Source: Litchfieldella qijiaojingensis
Lineage (GTDB): Bacteria > Pseudomonadota > Gammaproteobacteria > Pseudomonadales > Halomonadaceae
Assembly (NCBI RefSeq): GCF_014651875.1
Contig: NZ_BMXS01000002.1
Coordinates: 228,446 to 260,445, forward strand
Length of the DNA stretch: 32,000 nt
Direction: 5' to 3'
The notes beneath the pieces are model-generated. The model worked only from the letters and a program-made list of their open reading frames with translations. It did no database searches and was not told where the DNA came from. Below are positions 9,736 to 19,160 of this stretch, piece by piece; within the stretch, counting starts at the first letter, position 1; every line of letters starts with the position of its first letter. The translations under genes were made by a program, and so were the position numbers.

Positions 9736-10677
9736 GTGTCTAAATTGATGGTTTTCGCCGGGAATGCCAATCCCGAACTCGCCCGTAAGATCGCCGAAGG
9801 GTTGGACAATCGGCTCGGCCATGCCACGGTCGGTCAGTTCAGCGATGGGGAAATCGCGGTCGAGATCAACGAGAACGTGCGCGGCAAGGACGTCTTCATT
9901 CTGCAGTCCACCTGTGCGCCGACCAACGACAATCTGATGGAACTGATCCTGATGACCGATGCCCTGCGCCGGGCATCCGCCGCCCGAATCACCGCCGTGG
10001 TGCCCTATTTCGGCTATGCCCGTCAGGACCGTCGCGTACGCTCGGCCCGTGTACCGATTTCCGCCAAGGTCGTGGCCGACATGATGGTCAAGGCCGGTGT
10101 CGACCGGGTCATGACCATGGACCTGCATGCCGACCAGATTCAGGGATTCTTCGACGTGCCGGTGGACAACGTCTATGGTTCTCCGATCCTGCTCGACGAC
10201 ATCGAGCGGCAGAATTATGACGATCTGGTAGTCGTTTCCCCGGACGTCGGCGGCGTGGTGCGCGCTCGGGCCATTGCCAAGCAGCTCAACGCCGACCTCG
10301 CCATCATCGACAAGCGTCGACCGCAGGCCAACCAGGCCCAGGTGATGCACATCATCGGCGAGATCGAGGGGCGCACCTGCGTCGTAGTCGACGATATGGT
10401 CGACACAGCCGGCACCTTGTGCAAGGCCGCCGAGGCGCTCAAGGATCATGGCGCCCGTCGCGTAGTGGCCTATGCCACCCATCCGATCCTGTCCGGGCCG
10501 GCTGTCGACAACATCACTGGTTCGGTGCTCGACGAACTGGTCGTGGCCGATACCATTCCGCTGTCCGAACCGGCACGCCGCAGCGGCAAGATCCGCCAAC
10601 TTTCCGTGGCCGGGCTGATCGCCGAAGCGATCCGCCGGGTCAGCAACGAGGAGTCCGTCAGCGCGATGTTCCACTAA
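9736..10677 (+). CDS. prs: Ribose-phosphate pyrophosphokinase (PRPP synthetase)
   Basis: A GTG start at 9736 gives (M)[19 protein letters not shown], matching Prs N-termini at 313 aa. The PRPP-binding loop [12 protein letters not shown] is present. The longer track ORF from 9688 overlaps the tRNA-Gln region. Confidence 0.95.
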   Translation: MSKLMVFAGNANPELARKIAEGLDNRLGHATVGQFSDGEIAVEINENVRGKDVFILQSTCAPTNDNLMELILMTDALRRASAARITAVVPYFGYARQDRRVRSARVPISAKVVADMMVKAGVDRVMTMDLHADQIQGFFDVPVDNVYGSPILLDDIERQNYDDLVVVSPDVGGVVRARAIAKQLNADLAIIDKRRPQANQAQVMHIIGEIEGRTCVVVDDMVDTAGTLCKAAEALKDHGARRVVAYATHPILSGPAVDNITGSVLDELVVADTIPLSEPARRSGKIRQLSVAGLIAEAIRRVSNEESVSAMFH

Positions 10678-10792
10678 GGCCTTGCCGACAGAGAGACATC
10701 GTGCTTGGATACGCAGCCCATCAGGGCCCCGGAAACGCTATCGCTTGGTCGCGGGCGGTAGCGCTTTCCTTTATTGACCAATGAGGTTACCA

Positions 10793-11503
10793 ATGTCCGA
10801 TTACCAACTTACCGCCAACGTTCGCAAGGAGCTGGGGAAAGGTGCGAGCCGCCGCCTGCGCCGCGCGAACCAACAGGTCGCCGCCATCATCTACGGTGGC
10901 GAGAAGGCACCGCAGCCGATTACCATCGACAAGGCTGCCTTCTACAAGGCCATCGAGGACGAAGCTTTTTTCTCCTCGATCATCAATATCGATGTCGACG
11001 GCAGCAACGAACAAGTCATCGTTCGTGATCTGCAGCGTCACCCGTACAAGGCGCTGGTCACCCATGCCGACTTCATGCGGATTGACGCTACCCACGAAAT
11101 GACCCTGCACGTACCGCTCCACGTCGTGGGCGAAGAACGCTGCAAAGGCATCAAGGAACAGGGCGGCGTATTGCACGTACTGGCCAACGATATCGAAGTC
11201 AGCTGCTTGCCCAAGGACCTTCCCGAGTACCTGGAAATCGACATCACCGACCTGGGGCTCGGCGGAACCCTGCACCTATCCGACCTCAAGCTACCGGAAG
11301 GCGTGACTTCTGTGGCGCTGTCGCATGGCGAGGAGTATGACACCGGTATCGTGAACATTACGCATCCGACTCGCGGCATCGCTGAAGAGGGTGAAGAAGA
11401 AGCCGAGGCGGAAGCCAAGCCTGAAGCCGCGCCCGAGAGCGAGGCCAAGGAGCAGGAAGACCAGGAAGCCGACCAGGGCGAAGGCGAAGACAAGGCCGAA
11501 TAA
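10793..11503 (+). CDS. rplY: 50S ribosomal protein L25 / general stress protein Ctc, with acidic C-terminal tail
   Basis: The ATG at 10793 is preceded by [40 protein letters not shown] is a canonical L25/Ctc N-terminus. The position between prs and pth is conserved. Confidence 0.9.
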   Translation: MSDYQLTANVRKELGKGASRRLRRANQQVAAIIYGGEKAPQPITIDKAAFYKAIEDEAFFSSIINIDVDGSNEQVIVRDLQRHPYKALVTHADFMRIDATHEMTLHVPLHVVGEERCKGIKEQGGVLHVLANDIEVSCLPKDLPEYLEIDITDLGLGGTLHLSDLKLPEGVTSVALSHGEEYDTGIVNITHPTRGIAEEGEEEAEAEAKPEAAPESEAKEQEDQEADQGEGEDKAE

Positions 11504-11541
11504 GCCAGCCTTCTTCCCGTCACGACCACCAGGACGTCAGC

Positions 11542-12132
11542 ATGAGCCACGTGAAAGCGATCATCGGTCTCGGCAACCCAGGACCGGAATACGACGACAC
11601 TCGGCACAATGCTGGCGCCTGGCTGGTCGAGACCATCGCGCGCGACAGCCATGCCCCTCTACGGCCCGAACGCAAGTTCCTGGGGCATTATGCCAAGGTG
11701 AACTTCGCTGGCGAGGATCTGCATTTGCTGCTTCCGCAGACCTTCATGAACCGTAGTGGCGGCGCTGTCGCCGCGCTTTGTCAATTCTTCAAGCTAGCCC
11801 CCGGCGAACTGCTCGTCGCTCACGATGACCTCGATATTGCCCCAGGCACGGCTCGCTACAAGCAAGGCGGCGGTCACGGCGGTCACAATGGTCTGCGCGA
11901 TATCATCCGCGCTCTCGGCAACGATAACTCCTTCCATCGCCTACGCATTGGCATCGGCCATCCTGGCGATTCCCGACAAGTCACCAATTACGTGCTTGGA
12001 CGTCCTGGCAAAGCGGAACGCGCCGCCATCGATGCTGCCTTCGCTGAGATCGAAGCCACGCTGCAGGACGCCGTTCGTGGCGACTGGGCCAAGGCGATGA
12101 ATCGGCTGCACAGCTTTTCAGCCGAAGGCTGA
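11542..12132 (+). CDS. pth: Peptidyl-tRNA hydrolase
   Basis: 196 aa. Carries GLGNPGxEYxxTRHNAG with the catalytic His, and the HDDLD and GGHGGHNGLRD motifs. Confidence 0.95.
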   Translation: MSHVKAIIGLGNPGPEYDDTRHNAGAWLVETIARDSHAPLRPERKFLGHYAKVNFAGEDLHLLLPQTFMNRSGGAVAALCQFFKLAPGELLVAHDDLDIAPGTARYKQGGGHGGHNGLRDIIRALGNDNSFHRLRIGIGHPGDSRQVTNYVLGRPGKAERAAIDAAFAEIEATLQDAVRGDWAKAMNRLHSFSAEG

Positions 12133-12149
12133 AAAGCACAGCTATAAGA

Positions 12150-12261
12150 GACGGAAGACGGAAGACGGAAGACGGAAGACGGAAGACGGAAGACGGAAGA
12201 CGGAAGACGGAAGACGGAAGACGGAAGACGGAAGACGGAAGACGGAAGACGGAAGACGGAA
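12150..12261. repeat. Perfect heptanucleotide tandem array (GACGGAA)x16
   Basis: Counted directly: 16 uninterrupted identical 7-bp units from 12150 to 12261, plus a partial GAC. The array begins 18 bp after the pth stop and ends 160 bp upstream of the ychF ATG. Confidence 0.98.
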
Positions 12262-12421
12262 GACAAGCAAAACTTCTTTTTCTTGCCCTTTCAAGATACG
12301 AAGTACCGATCTTCAACCTTCCTTCTTCAAGTCGCGAAGCGACGAACTTCTGGCTTATCGCTTTTTCCCGTAAAATACCGGCCAATCGCCAACTTCGAAC
12401 ACGCTTTCCAGGAAAGATCCC

Positions 12422-13513
12422 ATGGGTTTCAACTGCGGTATCGTCGGCCTGCCCAATGTCGGCAAGTCCACCTTGTTCAATGCACTGACCAAGTCCGGCA
12501 TCGACGCCGAGAACTTTCCGTTCTGCACCATCGAGCCCAATGTCGGCATCGTGCCGATGCCTGACCCCCGTCTCGACAAGCTGGCCGAGATCGTCAAGCC
12601 ACAAAAGGTGATCCCGACGACCATGGAGTTCGTGGATATCGCCGGACTGGTGGCCGGCGCCTCCAAAGGCGAAGGGCTGGGCAACCAGTTTCTGGCCAAT
12701 ATCCGCGAGACCGATGCCATCGCCCATGTAGTGCGCTGCTTCGACAACGACAACGTCATTCATGTCGCTAACCAGATCGACCCAAGCATCGATATCGAAA
12801 CCATCAACATGGAACTGGCCCTGGCCGATCTTGACACGGTCGAGCGTGCCATCCAGCGCCTGACCCGCGTGGTCAAGAGCGGCGACAAGGAGGCCATCGC
12901 CACCAAGGCGGTGCTCGACCGAATCCAGCCGCACCTGGCCGAGGGCCTTCCCCTGCGCAGCTTCGGCCTCTCAGACGACGAGAAGCGCCAGGTCAAGAGT
13001 TACGGCTTCCTGACCCTGAAGCCCACCATGTACATCGCCAACGTCAACGACGACGGCTTCAATGACAATCCTTATCTGGATACCGTACGCGAGATCGCCG
13101 AGCAGGAAGGCGCCGTGGTCGTCCCGGTTTGCAATCAGATCGAAGCCGAGATCGCCGAACTCGACGACGACGAGCGCGCCATGTTCCTCGAAGAACTGGG
13201 CATGGAGGAGCCGGGGCTCGATCGCGTGATCCGTGCCGGCTACAAGTTGCTTGGTTTGCAGACCTACTTCACCGCCGGGGTCAAGGAAGTGCGTGCCTGG
13301 ACGGTCAAGGTAGGTGCCACGGCGCCGGAAGCCGCGGGCGTGATTCATACCGATTTCCAGAAGGGATTCATTCGCGCCGAGGTGATCGGCTATGAGGATT
13401 TCGTCACTCTGGGTGGCGAGCAGGGTGCCAAGGACGCCGGCAAGTGGCGCCTGGAAGGAAAGGACTACGTCGTCCAGGACGGCGACGTGATCCATTTCCG
13501 CTTCAATGTCTAA
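12422..13513 (+). CDS. ychF: Ribosome-binding (redox-regulated) ATPase YchF
   Basis: 363 aa. The N-terminus [23 protein letters not shown] carries the P-loop, and the C-terminal TGS domain ends ...[15 protein letters not shown]. Confidence 0.95.
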   Translation: MGFNCGIVGLPNVGKSTLFNALTKSGIDAENFPFCTIEPNVGIVPMPDPRLDKLAEIVKPQKVIPTTMEFVDIAGLVAGASKGEGLGNQFLANIRETDAIAHVVRCFDNDNVIHVANQIDPSIDIETINMELALADLDTVERAIQRLTRVVKSGDKEAIATKAVLDRIQPHLAEGLPLRSFGLSDDEKRQVKSYGFLTLKPTMYIANVNDDGFNDNPYLDTVREIAEQEGAVVVPVCNQIEAEIAELDDDERAMFLEELGMEEPGLDRVIRAGYKLLGLQTYFTAGVKEVRAWTVKVGATAPEAAGVIHTDFQKGFIRAEVIGYEDFVTLGGEQGAKDAGKWRLEGKDYVVQDGDVIHFRFNV

Positions 13514-13579
13514 GCATCGCCACGCCAACATTGAGTTGACCTTTCATGCCCTTATGGGTATGATTTGCCCCCGTTGGAC

Positions 13580-13656
13580 GGCTACGTAGCTCAGTTGGTT
13601 AGAGCACATCACTCATAATGATGGGGTCCCCTGTTCGAGTCAGGGCGTAGCCACCA
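13580..13656 (+). tRNA. tRNA-Met, elongator type (anticodon CAU)
   Basis: 77 nt: GGCTACGTAGCTCAGTTGGTTAGAGCACATCACTCATAATGATGGGGTCCCCTGTTCGAGTCAGGGCGTAGCCACCA. It is nearly identical to E. coli metT/metU through the anticodon arm. It is not the initiator type (no CGCGGGG 5' end) and not ileX-like. Confidence 0.9.
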
Positions 13657-13666
13657 GAGAATGCCG

Positions 13667-13695
13667 AACCCCGCAGGTCTGCCTGCGGGGTTTTT
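13667..13695 (+). terminator. Rho-independent terminator after tRNA-Met
   Basis: A 9-bp GC-rich stem, CCCCGCAGG (13669-13677) pairing with CCTGCGGGG (13682-13690), has loop TCTG and is followed by TTTTT (13691-13695). Confidence 0.75.
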
Positions 13696-13699
13696 GCGT

Positions 13700-13790
13700 T
13701 TCGGGCTTCGGGCTTCGGGCTTCGGGCTTCGGGCTTCGGGCTTCGGGCTTCGGGCTTCGGGCTTCGGGCTTCGGGCTTCGGGCTTCGGGC
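13700..13790. repeat. Perfect heptanucleotide tandem array (TTCGGGC)x13
   Basis: Counted directly: 13 uninterrupted identical 7-bp units from 13700 to 13790. The array starts 5 bp after the terminator T-run and sits between the convergent tRNA-Met and apeB 3' ends. Confidence 0.98.
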
Positions 13791-13854
13791 AGGATTGCCG
13801 TTGGCCCCTAGCCATCTGCAACCGCTCGTCGCTCGAAGCCCGTAGCTCGCAGCT

Positions 13855-15153
13855 TCAAACCAACTCCGTCCGATTGACGAAAGCCGTCAACGCCCGCGTC
13901 AGATAGGCGACATCCTGGCTGCCGGCGGTCTCGCGGATCGAGTGCATGCCCCACTGGGCGATCCCCACGTCCAGTGTCGGCACCCCGAGCTCGGTGGCCG
14001 TGATCGGCCCGATGGTGCTGCCACAGGCCATATCGGCACGGGTGACGAAAGTCTGCACCGGCACACCCGCTTCGCGGCACACATCGCGGAACATTGCAGA
14101 GGTGGCGCTGTTGGTGGCATAGCGCTGATTGGCGTTGACCTTGATCACAGGTCCGCCATTGATCGCCGGGCCATGGCCAGCATCGTGCTTATCGGCAAAA
14201 TTCGGGTGCAGGGCATGGGCGTTGTCGCAAGAGATCAGGCGCGAGGCCTGGATCAAACGGATGAAACTCTCCTCCCCTTCCCCACCGAGCAAAGCATTGA
14301 CACGCCGCAGCACATCGCCCAGGAATGGTCCCTGGGCCCCACAAGCACTGGCACTGCCGACTTCTTCGTGATCGTTGGCCACTAGCACTGCCCCCTGACG
14401 ACCGTCGCTCGCCAGCAGGGCTTCCAGACCAACGAAGCACGACAACAGGTTGTCCAGCCGCGCGCTGGCGATCAGTTCGCCCTCGACGCCGACTCGCGCC
14501 GGAGGCTGGGTGTCATAGAGGGCCAGCTCGAAGTCCAGAATGTCGGCCTTCTCGATATTGTGCTGCTCGTAGAGCCAGCGCTGCAGCAGTCGTTCGATAT
14601 CGCCCTTTTCTCCACCCTGCAGCAGAACCGGTGCCATCTGGGTCTGGGGGTTGATGGCACGCCCATCATTGGCTTCGCGGTCGAGGTGAATGGCGAGGCT
14701 GGGCACGATGGCAACCGGGCGCGCGACATTGAGCAGCACACCTTGCAAGCGGCCATCCTCACGGCGCAGGTGAACGCGCCCGGCCATCCCCAGATCGCGG
14801 TCGAACCAAGGCGCCAACAGTGAGCCACCATAGACTTCAACTCCAAGCTGCAGCCAGCCGCTGTTCACTTGCGCGGCGTTGGGCTTGAGCCGCAGTCCAG
14901 GGCTGTCGGTATGCGCACCGATCATGCGCAGCGCCTGCAGTCGATCATCAGGCAATTGCACGGCGACCAGTGACGAATCATTACGGGTCACATAAACTCG
15001 CTCTCCCGGCGCAAGCTTCCAGGATTGGGTCTCGTCCAAGCGACGGAATCCGGCTTGCTCGAGACGCTTGCTCATATTGGCCACAGCATGCCAGGGAGTA
15101 GGCGAGTCATGTAAAAAGCTCAGTAATCGTTCCAAAGTAGGGTCGTGGGGCAT
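13855..15153 (-). CDS. apeB: M18-family aminopeptidase (aspartyl aminopeptidase / aminopeptidase 2)
   Basis: I prefer the start at 15153 (MPHDPTLERLLSFL...), which has GAGGA 5 nt upstream. That gives 432 aa. SPTPWHAV, GAHTDSPGLRLKP, DHEEVGS and the C-terminal GxPTLDVGxxxWxMHS are M18 hallmarks. The longer ORF starting at 15189 is possible. Confidence 0.85.
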   Translation of the reverse strand: MPHDPTLERLLSFLHDSPTPWHAVANMSKRLEQAGFRRLDETQSWKLAPGERVYVTRNDSSLVAVQLPDDRLQALRMIGAHTDSPGLRLKPNAAQVNSGWLQLGVEVYGGSLLAPWFDRDLGMAGRVHLRREDGRLQGVLLNVARPVAIVPSLAIHLDREANDGRAINPQTQMAPVLLQGGEKGDIERLLQRWLYEQHNIEKADILDFELALYDTQPPARVGVEGELIASARLDNLLSCFVGLEALLASDGRQGAVLVANDHEEVGSASACGAQGPFLGDVLRRVNALLGGEGEESFIRLIQASRLISCDNAHALHPNFADKHDAGHGPAINGGPVIKVNANQRYATNSATSAMFRDVCREAGVPVQTFVTRADMACGSTIGPITATELGVPTLDVGIAQWGMHSIRETAGSQDVAYLTRALTAFVNRTELV

Positions 15154-15283
15154 GATGATCCTCATCGAAGGGTCTGTGTCTGGCGACACAGGCTGCTACA
15201 ATGCCATCTCGGCAGACGCAACTCACTCGCCGAGCATGAGTCTCTAGGGAAGAAGTGTACATGAAACCGGGAGTGCTTCATTG

Positions 15284-17323
15284 ATGAGCCTGATTGCCGC
15301 CCTTCGGCGTGTGAGTGCCATCGCGCTGATCGCATCTTTCAGTGCAATAGCTCTTGCGCAACCGCAACCCTCCGACGCTCACCGCCAAGCCGCGGCCGAA
15401 GTCGCCGAGTCGCTGCGTTATGGGCATTACGCGGACGTCAGCCTCGACGAAGAGTGGTCACGGCAGGCATTCGATCGTTATCTGAATGTCCTGGATTCCC
15501 AGCGCGCCTATCTGCTGCGTCGTGACGTGGACAGTTTCCGCGACTTGGAAACCACTATGGACGATGCTCTCCAGGATGGCGAACTGGAACGTGTCTATGC
15601 GCTGTATCAGCGCTATCACGAACGTCTCGAATCACGCCTCGAGTGGATTATCGACAAGATCGACAATGGGCTGAACTACCGCTTCGACACCGACGACCGA
15701 CTCGAGATCGATCGCGAGGGGGCTCCTTGGGCCAATAGCGAGAGCGAGCTGGACGAGCTCTGGAACAAGCGGCTGAAGAATGCCGCCTTGACCATGTCGA
15801 TCAGCGGTCAGGATGACGAACAAGTACGCGAAAACCTGGTCCAGCGTTATGAAGGCCAGCTTTCGCGCGTCCGCCAGACCAATGGCGAAGATGTCTTCGG
15901 CCTGTTCATGGCGGCGGTGACCGGTACCATCGACCCACACACCGAATACCTGTCTCCGCGACAGGGGGAATCCTTCGATATCCAGATGCGCTTGTCGCTG
16001 GAAGGTATCGGTGCCCTGCTGCAGACCGAAGGGGAATACGTCAAGGTTTCGAGCCTGGTACCCGGTGGCCCCGCTGACAAGGCCGGCGTCCTCCAACCCG
16101 CCGACCGGATCATCGCCGTGGGCCAGGAGGATGGTGAGATGGTCAACGTGGTCGGCATGCGCCTGGACGAAGTGGTCGACCTGATCCGTGGCCCCAAGGG
16201 TTCGGTGGTCAGATTGGACGTGGTCCCTGCCCAAGCCATCGACATGACCCGCTCGCGCACCGTCGAAATCACCCGCGATACCGTCACGCTCGAGGACCAA
16301 GCAGCCAGCGGCGAAGTCATCGAAATCAAGAGAGAGGACGGCACCCACCGTATCGGAGTGATCACGATTCCGACCTTCTATGTCGATTTCGATGCCTGGC
16401 AGGCCGGTGAGGACGAATATCGCAGTACCACGCGAGACGTAGCCCGTGAAATCGAGCGGCTCAAACAGGAAGACATCGAGGGGATCGTACTGGACCTGCG
16501 CAACAATGGCGGTGGCGCCTTGCAGGAAGCCAACTCCCTGATCGGCCTGTTCATCGACCGCGGTCCGACCGTTCAGGTACGCGATGCCCGCGGGCGCATC
16601 AGTCTGTATGGCGATACCGAAAGCGGTACTCTCTACGATGGCCCATTGGAGGTGCTGGTCAACCGGCTGTCGGCTTCGGCATCGGAAATCTTTGCCGGCG
16701 CCATCCAGGATTACGGGCGTGGCCTGGTCGTGGGCTCGCAGACCTTCGGCAAAGGCACCGTGCAAACGCTCAACGACCTGACCCATGGCCAGATCAAGCT
16801 GACCCGGGCCAAGTTCTACCGTATCTCCGGCGAAAGCACCCAACATAGGGGCGTGGAACCCGACATCCTCTTCCCAAGCCTAGTGGACCCGGAGCAGATC
16901 GGTGAAAGCAGCCTGGATAATGCCCTGCCCTGGGATACCGTGCGCGCTGTTCAATATCGGCTTTACGGCGAACCCTGGCGCTATATCGAGACGCTCACTT
17001 CGCGGCATCGCGAACGGGTCGCTGGCCACCCCAACTTCGTATACCTCGAGCGCCAGGCCGAGCTTGCACGCAAACTGCGTGAGCAGCACACCACCATCAG
17101 CCTGAATCGCGAGCAGCGCCAACGCGAGATGGAGGCTCAAGAAGCCGAGCAGCTCTCGCTGGAGAACCAACGGCGACGCGCCTTGGGGCTCGCCCCCCTG
17201 GAAGACTGGGTGGATGCTCGAGGTGAAGAGACCGAGGAAGAGGAGCTCCCCGCGGACAGGGCCCAAGTCATCGAAGGCGCGGAAATCCTGCTCGACTATG
17301 CCCAGTTGAGCCGTCAAGCCTAA
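15284..17323 (+). CDS. prc: Tail-specific (C-terminal processing) protease Prc, S41 family
   Basis: About 679 aa. Has a signal peptide (MSLIAALRRVSAIALIASFSAIALA), a PDZ region (GIGALLQTEGEYVKVSSLVPGGPADKAG) and the S41 catalytic region (LDLRNNGGGAL...SASASEIFAGAIQDYGRGLVVGSQTFGKGTVQ). Confidence 0.9.
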   Translation: MSLIAALRRVSAIALIASFSAIALAQPQPSDAHRQAAAEVAESLRYGHYADVSLDEEWSRQAFDRYLNVLDSQRAYLLRRDVDSFRDLETTMDDALQDGELERVYALYQRYHERLESRLEWIIDKIDNGLNYRFDTDDRLEIDREGAPWANSESELDELWNKRLKNAALTMSISGQDDEQVRENLVQRYEGQLSRVRQTNGEDVFGLFMAAVTGTIDPHTEYLSPRQGESFDIQMRLSLEGIGALLQTEGEYVKVSSLVPGGPADKAGVLQPADRIIAVGQEDGEMVNVVGMRLDEVVDLIRGPKGSVVRLDVVPAQAIDMTRSRTVEITRDTVTLEDQAASGEVIEIKREDGTHRIGVITIPTFYVDFDAWQAGEDEYRSTTRDVAREIERLKQEDIEGIVLDLRNNGGGALQEANSLIGLFIDRGPTVQVRDARGRISLYGDTESGTLYDGPLEVLVNRLSASASEIFAGAIQDYGRGLVVGSQTFGKGTVQTLNDLTHGQIKLTRAKFYRISGESTQHRGVEPDILFPSLVDPEQIGESSLDNALPWDTVRAVQYRLYGEPWRYIETLTSRHRERVAGHPNFVYLERQAELARKLREQHTTISLNREQRQREMEAQEAEQLSLENQRRRALGLAPLEDWVDARGEETEEEELPADRAQVIEGAEILLDYAQLSRQA

Positions 17324-19138
<1,815 letters not shown>

Positions 19139-19160
19139 ATCGGCAATTCCGCATCGTCAG

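Noticed and set aside
9691-10674. 327-aa minus-strand ORF
   Set aside because: It is an exact antisense shadow of prs, whose PRPP synthetase motifs are clear.
11981-12934. 317-aa minus-strand ORF and the nested 11988-12266 ORF encoding (SSVFRLP)n
   Set aside because: These ORFs are open only because they run antisense through ychF and the pth 3' end and across the heptamer array. A 7-bp repeat with no stop in a frame automatically yields a 7-aa periodic peptide. There is no RBS and no protein-like flanks.
12150-13790. Possibility that the two repeat arrays are CRISPR arrays
   Set aside because: The units are 7 bp and contiguous with no spacers, and no cas genes are present. They are microsatellites, not CRISPR.
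13609-13906. ORFs 13609-13821 (-) and 13661-13906 (+) encoding (PEARSPK)n and (GLRASGF)n
   Set aside because: They are translation artefacts of the TTCGGGC array. They overlap the tRNA-Met gene, its terminator and the apeB 3' end.
15632-16846. 404-aa minus-strand ORF
   Set aside because: It is antisense to prc (the PDZ and S41 motifs are on the plus strand). A shadow ORF.
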